DNA of 64,000 nucleotides from an uncultured Campylobacter sp. (GTDB lineage Bacteria; Campylobacterota; Campylobacteria; Campylobacterales; Campylobacteraceae): NCBI GenBank assembly GCA_945928165.1, contig CAMENE010000006.1, positions 5,384 to 69,383 of the forward strand, read 5' to 3'. Shown piece by piece: positions 56,948 to 64,000 of this stretch (position 1 is its first letter; each line of letters starts with the position of its first letter). The notes under the pieces were generated by a model. It saw only the letters and a program-made list of their open reading frames with translations, ran no database searches and was not told where the DNA came from. The position numbers and the translations under genes were made by a program.

Positions 56948-59388
56948 AGCCGTCCTTTTAGTCTAAGTGAGTTTAGCACCACAAGCAGCGAGCTAAACGA
57001 CATAGAAATAGCAGCAAATAGCGGGATAATAAACCCAGCCATCGCTAGCGGTATGCTAAGCGCATTATAAACAAGGCTTATGAATAGATTTTCTTTTATT
57101 ACTCCAAAGGTCTTTTTTGCTAGACGCAGCGCAAATACAAGGTCGCTAAGCTCATCACGCAGCAGCACCACATCGCTAACCCCCACGCTCACACTAGCAC
57201 CTGAGCCCATAGCAATTCCTACATTTGCGCTTTTTAAAGCTAGAATATCATTTATCCCATCGCCTACCATTACGACATTTGCGCTTTTTTGCAGCTCTTT
57301 TATTAGCAGGGCTTTTTGCTCTGGATTTAGCTCGCCGTGGCTTTTATCAATGCCTAGCTCGCTTGCTACCTTGCTAGCTACTATTTGTTTATCTCCACTT
57401 AGCATTAGCACCTTTAATCCCATTTTTTTTAGCTCTTTTATGCTAGCTTTTGCCCCTTCTCTTAGCTCATCATCTAGAAAAAAGCGTGCTACAAGTTTGT
57501 TATCATACATAAAATAATACTCGCTACTGCCCTCTTGCGTATCATCAGCTAGGCTAGCACCAAGGCTTTTTACAAAAGCTCTGCTTTCTATAAAAGCAGC
57601 TGACCCACCTGCGATTTTTACGCCTTTATAAGTCGCAGTGATACCCTTACCAGCGATGTTTTGGATGTTTTCTAAAGCGTCCTGCCTAAAAGGACTTAAA
57701 GCGTTTTTTAAAATATAGCTCGCTACTGCCTTGCTAATAGGATGCGTGCTAGCACTTGCTAGGGCTAGTAAAGCCCCATCATCAAAAGGCAAAAATCTTT
57801 GCTCGCTTAGCACCTTTAAGTTAGCTTTGCTTAGAGTGCCTGTTTTATCAAAAGCGATTATATCACACTTTGCTAGGGTTTCAAGCACTTTTGCGTCTTT
57901 AAAGACAATTGATCGTTTTGTAGCTGTCCCCATAGCTACCAAAGTAGCAATAGGCGTAGCAAGACTAAGCGCACAAGGACAAGCGATAACTAAGACGCTA
58001 ATAGCTATACCAAAAGCATTTGCCCCACTCCACGCTGAGATATTTGCCGCGCTCCAAAAAACAAAGCTAGCCACACAAAGACCTAAAATAGCCCAGCCAA
58101 AGTAGCTAGAAATTTTATTTGCTAGCTCTTCAATCTGCGCTCTGGCAAATACCCCGTTACTTAGAAGTTTTGAGAGTTTGTTTAAAAAAGAGCCTTGAAA
58201 GCTACTTGTGGCTTTGTATATCACGCTACCCTCAGCGCACAAAGCCCCACTAAGCAAAGCATCATCTTTGCTAATGCCCACAGGCACGCTCTCGCCGTTT
58301 ATGCTAGAATTATCCACGCTAGCCTCGCCACTAAGCACCACTCCATCTATCATAGCCCTCTCTCCTGAGCGTAAAAGCACAAAATCACCGCTTTTTACTT
58401 CGCTTACATCGCAGGGCTTAAACTCGCTTATGTTAGGAATTCTAAAATTGCCTAGATTTTTTACGCTCATTACTTGTTCTACAAAAAGTGAGCTTATATT
58501 TTCTAGTCCTTGGGCGGCTTTTTGTGTGGCTTTGGTTTGTAAAAACTTGCCAGCAAATATAAAAGTTACAAGCATACAAGCTGAGTCAAAATACACCTGT
58601 TCTGAGCCAGTTAGCATAGCATAAACTGAGTAGAAATACACGCTTAAAATGCCTAGGCTTACATTTACATCCATGCTGATTTGGCGCAGTTTTAGCGCAC
58701 TAAGAGCTGAGCGGTAAAACACGCTTGCTGTATAAAACACAGGCGGACTTGCTAGCACAAACTCAGCAAAATGTAAGATTTTTTTTGCCCCAGTGCTAAG
58801 TTCTTCAAAATATCCGCTATATATAGCAATTGCCACCCACATTATATTCATAGAACAAGCTAGTGCCACGATAAGTCTAGCGTAATACTCACGACTTAGA
58901 TAGTTTTTTGCGCTTTTGATTGCGTTAAAGGGCTTTGGGTCATAGCCTATGGCAATGATGAGATTTAGTATATCTTCAAGGGCTGTTTTTCGCTCATCAA
59001 ATAGCACTCTAGCCTTGCTAGTAGTAGCACTTATGTTTAGCTCCAAAACGCCCTCTAAATTGCTTAGAGCCTTTTCATTTAGCCAGATGCAAGCTGGGCA
59101 GTGGATACCTGAAATTAGCACTTCAAGTTCGCAGATAAAAGGACTATTCTCATCACGGCGCAAAAGCTTTGAAAACATTGAGCCAGCACTTTGCTTATCA
59201 AAGTGCTTTGAGCTAGGTTTTGCTAGGTTTTGCTCGCCTTTTTTAAGTCTAGAATAAAACTCGCTAAGGCCCTGAGATTTTAAGTAGGCATAGACATTTT
59301 TACAGCCATTACAGCAAAACTCATTGCCGTTTGCATCTATTAGCGCCTCAGCTTCAAAATGCCCAGCACAGTGCTTACAAACAAACAT
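56944..59388 (-). CDS. ccoI: Copper-translocating P-type ATPase (CcoI/FixI-like)
   Basis: 814 aa. N-terminal Cys-rich CKHCAGHF..CCNGC, CPC in the TM helix, DKTGTLS phosphorylation site, and VGDGINDILAL. Confidence 0.9.
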   Translation of the reverse strand: MFVCKHCAGHFEAEALIDANGNEFCCNGCKNVYAYLKSQGLSEFYSRLKKGEQNLAKPSSKHFDKQSAGSMFSKLLRRDENSPFICELEVLISGIHCPACIWLNEKALSNLEGVLELNISATTSKARVLFDERKTALEDILNLIIAIGYDPKPFNAIKSAKNYLSREYYARLIVALACSMNIMWVAIAIYSGYFEELSTGAKKILHFAEFVLASPPVFYTASVFYRSALSALKLRQISMDVNVSLGILSVYFYSVYAMLTGSEQVYFDSACMLVTFIFAGKFLQTKATQKAAQGLENISSLFVEQVMSVKNLGNFRIPNISEFKPCDVSEVKSGDFVLLRSGERAMIDGVVLSGEASVDNSSINGESVPVGISKDDALLSGALCAEGSVIYKATSSFQGSFLNKLSKLLSNGVFARAQIEELANKISSYFGWAILGLCVASFVFWSAANISAWSGANAFGIAISVLVIACPCALSLATPIATLVAMGTATKRSIVFKDAKVLETLAKCDIIAFDKTGTLSKANLKVLSEQRFLPFDDGALLALASASTHPISKAVASYILKNALSPFRQDALENIQNIAGKGITATYKGVKIAGGSAAFIESRAFVKSLGASLADDTQEGSSEYYFMYDNKLVARFFLDDELREGAKASIKELKKMGLKVLMLSGDKQIVASKVASELGIDKSHGELNPEQKALLIKELQKSANVVMVGDGINDILALKSANVGIAMGSGASVSVGVSDVVLLRDELSDLVFALRLAKKTFGVIKENLFISLVYNALSIPLAMAGFIIPLFAAISMSFSSLLVVLNSLRLKGRL

Positions 59389-59497
59389 TTATAGCCTTTT
59401 TATTTTGATTATAGCCAAAAATAAACAATTTGATTATAGGAATTTTAGATTTTGGAATATTATTTGCTAGAATTTCATAAACTTTAAAGGCTAAAAA

Positions 59498-61085
59498 ATG
59501 ATAAATGATGAAATAAAATGCACTTATGATGTCGTAAAATACCATAGCCACGCTTTTGCGCAAGCTAGTATTGATAGGCTTTGTGCCATGGCTAGGGTTT
59601 ATGGTCTGCAAACTCCACTGCCAAATAACGCTAAGGTGCTAGAAATCGGCTGCGCGGCTGGTGGAAACATAATCTCTCAGGCTATAAACTATCCAAATAG
59701 CTCTTTTATAGGCATTGATCTCTCAAGCGAGCAAGTAAAAATCGGCAATGAAGCAATAGAGCAAAGCGGTCTAAAAAATATAAAACTACTTCAAATGGAT
59801 GCTACAAAGGCTTGCGATGAGCTAGGAGGGGGGGGGGTATGAGTTTGATTATATAATCTGTCATGGTGTGTATAGCTGGGTGCCAGACTTTGTTAAAAAA
59901 GCGATTTTTGAAATCGGCGCAAAACTACTTAGCCCAAAAGGCGTGATGATGGTAAGCTTTAATGTCTATCCAGGCTGGAAGTATAGAGAGCCTATAAGGG
60001 ATTTTATGCGCTTTGCAAGTCGTGAGATAGACTTTGAAAAAGACCCTGAGAATAAGCTAGATTTATCGCTTGCTGCACTTAGCTTTGAGTCAGCTATGTA
60101 TAGGATAATGCCAGGCTGTAAAAACCTACCTAAGCTAAAAACCATAAGCGAGTGTAATCTAAATAATATCAATGAAATAGACTCTCTTAAAAAAACTAAC
60201 CGCTCGTATCTGCTCCATGAGTACTTAGAGATTTTTAACGACCCTTGCTATCTAGTAGATTTTGTAGCTGATGCTAGTGATAATGGACTAGAATACATAG
60301 AAGATATAGCCTTACACTATGATTATAGCGAGATTGCTAATGATACAGTGCTAGAGTTTGCTAAAAGTTATTTTAAAGATAGAATTGCTAAGGATCAAAT
60401 GTTTGATTTTTTGTATTCTACTCAGTTTCGCTTTGCTTTGCTTACAAAAGAGCAAAACAAAAATGACCTAGTCTTTAACTACGATGAAATAGATAAAAAC
60501 ATAAAGGACCTTCACATAAGCCTAGCTACCAAATACGAGCATCTAAGAGTGCTAACAAAAGGGCTTGCTATGGAGCGTCTAGCAAATGCGCTTGTAGATG
60601 TCTATCCTAACTCACTAAGCATAAAAGAAGCCTCGGGGCTAATAGATAAGGGCTCATTAAGCGAGCATATTTTTGATATAAACTCAGCGCTTAATGGTGG
60701 GATAAACTTTCACACAAAAGCGCAAAAAGTGCTAAAATATGAAGTGGGCAAAACAAGGGTTATAGCTAGCTACAAGAGCTTTATCAAATACCTAGCAAGG
60801 GATAAAAATCATATTCTAGGCTTTGTAACACCACAAAATAAAAGCGCGAACTTTGGCGAGATAGACTATGAGCTTCTTTTGCTACTAGATGGCAAAAACA
60901 CCAAAAACGACATAGTAAAAAAACTAATAGAAAAATGCCAAAAACAAGGCATAACCCTAAAAGAAGAAAAAGATGGCAAGATTGTCAGCTACAAAACAGT
61001 AGCCGAGCAGCAAGCGTATTTTAACAAAGCAGTAGATATCTTCGCTAAGGGCTTGGAAGATTATTTTATGTTTGAGGAATTTTAG
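59498..61085 (+). pseudogene. Class I SAM-dependent methyltransferase with C-terminal regulatory-type domain, poly-G phase-OFF allele
   Basis: VLEIGCAAGGN motif I in track ORF 59498..59842. After the G10 tract the protein continues in another frame (YEFDYIICHGVYSWVPDF..., track ORF 59868..61085). G9 restores one ~529-codon frame. Confidence 0.8.
59828..59837 (+). repeat. Homopolymeric G10 tract
   Basis: Read directly. Confidence 0.95.
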
Positions 61086-61186
61086 AATTCCCTGCGCCAT
61101 TGCGCTTAAATCCCAAAAGTGCTTAATGCCATTGCGCTTAAACCTTTGCGGGTTGCGTTTAAAAAGTCCCACTAAGCACATAAACG

Positions 61187-61387
61187 CTATTTAGGTAGAT
61201 TTGCCACGATAGCTTTGTATTTTTGCGCTAGTTCGTAAAATTCTAGATAGCTCTCCACCCACTCAGGCGTTTTGCCTTTTTGTTTCCAGCCTGCTACGCT
61301 TACATAATTGAGCTTTGTTAGATTGCTAAAATCACGCTTAGAAAGTCCTAGCTCTTTTAGTTTATTTTCAAAAATCTCATTATCCAT
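61187..61387 (-). CDS. Small phage-type helix-turn-helix regulator
   Basis: 66 aa. LGLSKRDFSNLTKLNYVSVAGWKQKGK HTH-like core. Divergent from a strong promoter. Confidence 0.55.
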   Translation of the reverse strand: MDNEIFENKLKELGLSKRDFSNLTKLNYVSVAGWKQKGKTPEWVESYLEFYELAQKYKAIVANLPK

Positions 61388-61483
61388 AATAATTCCTTTA
61401 AAGTTTTAGGGCGAATTATAACATAAAAATAAAAAAAATTTATATTTTATAGCAAAAAATATAAATAATTTTTATAAAAACTA

Positions 61484-61512
61484 TTGACAAATATAAAAAA
61501 AATTGATATAAT
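61484..61512 (+). promoter_or_regulatory. Consensus sigma-70 promoter (TTGACA-17 nt-TATAAT with TGn extended -10)
   Basis: TTGACA at 61484..61489 and TATAAT at 61507..61512 preceded by TGA, in an AT-rich divergent intergenic region. Confidence 0.6.
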
Positions 61513-61517
61513 TACAC

Positions 61518-61546
61518 CACGAATATAAATTTTTTTTATATTCGTG
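61518..61546. promoter_or_regulatory. 12-bp perfect inverted repeat at the predicted transcription start (operator or 5' stem-loop)
   Basis: CACGAATATAAA-ttttt-TTTATATTCGTG. Confidence 0.6.
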
Positions 61547-61587
61547 TTATTTAAAATCCCATTGTTGAAAGGAGGTGATGAAAGAGA

Positions 61588-61671
61588 ATGAGTTGCGAAG
61601 TTATTTCGCTAATCACTGCGCTTGTTTGCTTACTCACAGCTGTCATACAGCTAATCAAAACACTTAAATAA
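61588..61671 (+). CDS. 27-aa hydrophobic peptide (type I toxin-like / phage membrane peptide candidate)
   Basis: MSCEVISLITALVCLLTAVIQLIKTLK. GGAGG lies 12 nt upstream. Downstream of the consensus promoter and hairpin. Not in the ORF track because of size. Confidence 0.35.
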   Translation: MSCEVISLITALVCLLTAVIQLIKTLK

Positions 61672-61769
61672 GCAAACAATTCGCCAAAATAGCCGCTCAC
61701 GCAAAAATGCGTGGGTGGCATTATATACAAAAACGCTTGCCAAGTCAAGCCAAACTAAAAGGATGAAAA

Positions 61770-62042
61770 ATGAAATTTACAAAATACAGCACAGGCGCAA
61801 ATGCCTTTTATGAGACAGCAGAGATAAACGGCTTAAAAGCTGTTATCCACGGCACAAACGCCATACACACTTTTGATATAAAGCTCGGCGCACGCTTTAA
61901 AATTACTATCGCAAAGGATGTTAGCAATATAAAAGATTTTGAAGTTTATCAAGTTATGCTAAGTGATAGACTAAAAACAGCAAAAGCCCTAGCAGAACAT
62001 TTCTTAAATGTTTGGGCAAAAACCACTAGCAAGGCCCTCTAA
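61770..62042 (+). CDS. Hypothetical protein (prophage-like region)
   Basis: 90 aa with SD AAAAGGA upstream. No family recognised. Confidence 0.5.
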   Translation: MKFTKYSTGANAFYETAEINGLKAVIHGTNAIHTFDIKLGARFKITIAKDVSNIKDFEVYQVMLSDRLKTAKALAEHFLNVWAKTTSKAL

Positions 62043-62140
62043 TGTTAAGTATAATCTCACTTATCATAGCCATTAGCGCATTTGCGCTAAGCGTGCTAAA
62101 TATTATAATAACACGCAAAAAGGAGAAAAAATGCTACTAG
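62042..62140 (+). CDS. 32-aa single-TM peptide, TAATG-coupled
   Basis: MLSIISLIIAISAFALSVLNIIITRKKEKKCY by hand translation. Confidence 0.3.
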   Translation: MLSIISLIIAISAFALSVLNIIITRKKEKKCY

Positions 62141-62220
62141 ATTTTTTTGGGAAGCATTGTGAGAATGTAGTAGAGATCATCGGCTGGGCTTCTTGCTTAG
62201 CTGTGATTATTTTTCACTAG
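62131..62220 (+). CDS. 29-aa peptide with C-terminal hydrophobic segment
   Basis: MLLDFFGKHCENVVEIIGWASCLAVIIFH, with AAGGAG 5 nt upstream. Confidence 0.3.
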   Translation: MLLDFFGKHCENVVEIIGWASCLAVIIFH

Positions 62221-62340
62221 ATAACCACAAAAGCGCAAGCACGCTTCTCGCACGCCCCAGCCAGCTAAAATGGAAGAAAAAATGAAAAATCACGCCCACC
62301 CAAACCCAGCTAGCAAGCCTAAAACCCACTAAGCACGCCA

Positions 62341-62470
62341 AAATACACTTAGAATTCTAGAATTCCAAAACTAGAATTCTAGAATTCCAAAACTAGAATT
62401 CCCTAGCACGCCCCACCCAAAAACTAAAAGAATTCTAGAATTCCAAAATAAAAAAATCTAGAATTCTCAG
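62341..62470. repeat. Palindrome cluster
   Basis: AGAATTCTAGAATTCCAAAACT repeated, plus further copies. Confidence 0.9.
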
Positions 62471-62561
62471 CCTTGCTAGCCAAGTGCTTTTAGTCTAGTT
62501 TATAAATGCTAGGTTTTTTAGCTCTTAGCTTATAGTAGGTATCTACCACCTTTTTTATAAG

Positions 62562-62894
62562 CTATTTAGCAGAGTTTTTGCCTACGCCAACACCTGCTAG
62601 GTAGGCAAAAACCGATGATATGATTGTAGTTAGTATGCCTATGCCGATTTCTGCTTTATCAGTAGCTATAAAATAAAGCCCAAAGCCTACAAAAACAAAC
62701 ACAAGCACAGTAACTACACCAAAAGCGATATTCCATTGTTTATTGCTAGTTTCTAGCTGTTTTATAGCAAAGTCGTATTGCCTTTGGTCGCTTTTATCGC
62801 TTAGCTCTATTTGTTTGTTTGCTATTTCTTGTCTATTTAGCTCTAGCTCTACGAGCTTATTTACATTTACAGGTATTTTGGAGCTATTGTCCAT
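62562..62894 (-). CDS. Membrane protein (coiled-coil N-terminus, two C-terminal TM helices; holin-like layout)
   Basis: 110 aa. Assigned from topology only. Confidence 0.45.
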   Translation of the reverse strand: MDNSSKIPVNVNKLVELELNRQEIANKQIELSDKSDQRQYDFAIKQLETSNKQWNIAFGVVTVLVFVFVGFGLYFIATDKAEIGIGILTTIISSVFAYLAGVGVGKNSAK

Positions 62895-63072
62895 AATAGC
62901 TCTTTTTTCGTTTTAATGTATTTGTATATATACTGGCTAGCAAAATATCTACATTTAATAACTCTACATTATAGCCATAGTTTTTGCGAACTATTCTATA
63001 AGCGTTTTGCTTGTCTTTATTTCGCAAAGAGCTTAGCTTGGCTCTTGCTTCACTTAGCCTTTTCATATTCAT
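62884..63072 (-). CDS. Small basic hypothetical protein
   Basis: 62 aa, overlapping the downstream ORF by 11 nt. Confidence 0.35.
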   Translation of the reverse strand: MNMKRLSEARAKLSSLRNKDKQNAYRIVRKNYGYNVELLNVDILLASIYTNTLKRKKSYYGQ

Positions 63073-63345
63073 CTTTCCTTTTTTTGTGTGACTACAATTA
63101 TAACAATATTTTTTAAGTTTTTGCGAAAAAAGGCTTAATTTCTTTTCTTTGCTTTTTGGCTTAGAGTTTTTGTTTTATCTATTTTTCGCATTTTTACAAT
63201 CACTCTACTCCCACACCTGCCCAAAAAGCCCACGCTCTCTTTTATCCACGCTAGCTCCCACAGCCCTAGACGCTAGCTCAAAATACTTCTTATCTTGCTC
63301 ACAGCCTACAAACTCTCTGCCTAGCTCCCTAGCCGTGATATAGCA

Positions 63346-64000
63346 TCACAGTCCACCTTCATACGCAGCATTTTCGACCGCTGCTACACGCTGGGCTTCA
63401 TTTTGCGCTGCTAGCACTGCTGCTTGCTGAGCTGCTGCTGCCTCTACCACGCTAGGATCAGCCGCTGCCTGAGCTGCTGCTGCCTCATCTGCCTGTGCTT
63501 GCGCCACGCTAGCCTGAGCTTGTTTTTCTGCAATTTGCGCTTGCGCGGCTGCTTCTTGTTGCGCTATTATTTGCGCAAAAGCCTCATCAATTTGCTCAAT
63601 TGGTGCATTTTCGCCACGCAGCAAAAGCATTATGTCTTTTAATAGCGGAGATATTAGCTTTGGATCACTCATGCCAGTTTGTGCTAGCACGCCTAGCAAG
63701 TTATTTAGCTGATTTACTTCCATTTCGCTACTTATTGTAGTGCCAAAGCTAGTTTTTATATCAAAGTCTAGCCTAGTATTTGCTCTTTTAGCCTGCGAGC
63801 CTAGCAGGCTTATTATATTTGGATTTTCAGTGATTGCTATTAGCTCTTCATCACTAGCATTTTGATAGATTAGCTCTACAAAGTCCCTAGCATAGCCATT
63901 TAGCATAGTATCAGCTAGGGTTTGGAGCATGGCTTCTATTCTCATAGAGCTAGATGCATTTACTACTTGCAAAGCCCCCATCGCGCGCCTATCACTTGGG
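63346..64000 (-). CDS. Phage structural-type protein (portal/scaffold-like C-terminus), 5' end outside window
   Basis: Frame open to the window edge. Ala/Gln-rich acidic tail (AQQEAAAQAQIAEKQAQASVAQAQADEAAAAQ..) is common at the C-termini of phage portal/scaffold proteins. Assignment is tentative. Confidence 0.4.
   Translation of the reverse strand, partial: PSDRRAMGALQVVNASSSMRIEAMLQTLADTMLNGYARDFVELIYQNASDEELIAITENPNIISLLGSQAKRANTRLDFDIKTSFGTTISSEMEVNQLNNLLGVLAQTGMSDPKLISPLLKDIMLLLRGENAPIEQIDEAFAQIIAQQEAAAQAQIAEKQAQASVAQAQADEAAAAQAAADPSVVEAAAAQQAAVLAAQNEAQRVAAVENAAYEGGL

Noticed and set aside
61551..61748. 65-aa minus-strand ORF overlapping the promoter-proximal small peptide.
   Set aside because: No SD, odd composition, and it would be transcribed against a consensus promoter. 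The plus-strand 27-aa peptide with GGAGG explains the region better, though it is still unproven.
1..64000. An EcoRI-type restriction-modification system, considered as the explanation for the GAATTC abundance.
   Set aside because: No restriction endonuclease or DNA methyltransferase gene is recognisable in this window. The two cassette methyltransferases and the G10-gated one look like small-molecule or protein class I enzymes. The question needs the whole genome.

Overview
This window looks like a chromosomal segment from a Campylobacter-type epsilonproteobacterium; the genus is inferred from protein signatures and C. jejuni-like synteny (eno-recA / fliQ-murB, ruvC-dnaA-dnaN-gyrB), and no species is claimed. 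It spans the replication-origin region. A cluster of TTCAC-core DnaA-box-like motifs sits in the dnaA-dnaN spacer, and gene orientation switches there: all minus strand from 17.1 to 27.5 kb, mostly plus strand to the right. Most genes are housekeeping (rnhA, eno, recA, fliQ, murB, queF, gyrB, dnaN, dnaA, ruvC, addBA, carA, rlmN, hisF, greA, argC, ccoI/ccoS), plus transporters and one tRNA(CAU). Four things go beyond ordinary annotation. (1) Almost every intergenic gap is filled with a modular repeat system. It comprises the 16-bp palindrome GGAATTCTAGAATTCC, a ~95-bp three-hairpin module in nine copies with stem-preserving sequence replacement, a GTCAT-hairpin-ATCTC family with several unrelated stems, and a G5-TTA-G5 module. 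No transposase is visible in the window. (2) A type IV pilin-like gene with a long low-complexity tail has a second, 5'-truncated, promoterless copy 34 kb away that shares its 3' flank, a layout like pilE/pilS. (3) Three modification-type genes are frameshifted at poly-G tracts, and one of them at two tracts. (4) The right end holds prophage-like remnants, including a consensus promoter, an operator-like hairpin and a 27-aa hydrophobic peptide. All calls come from reading the sequence and the ORF track; no searches were run.
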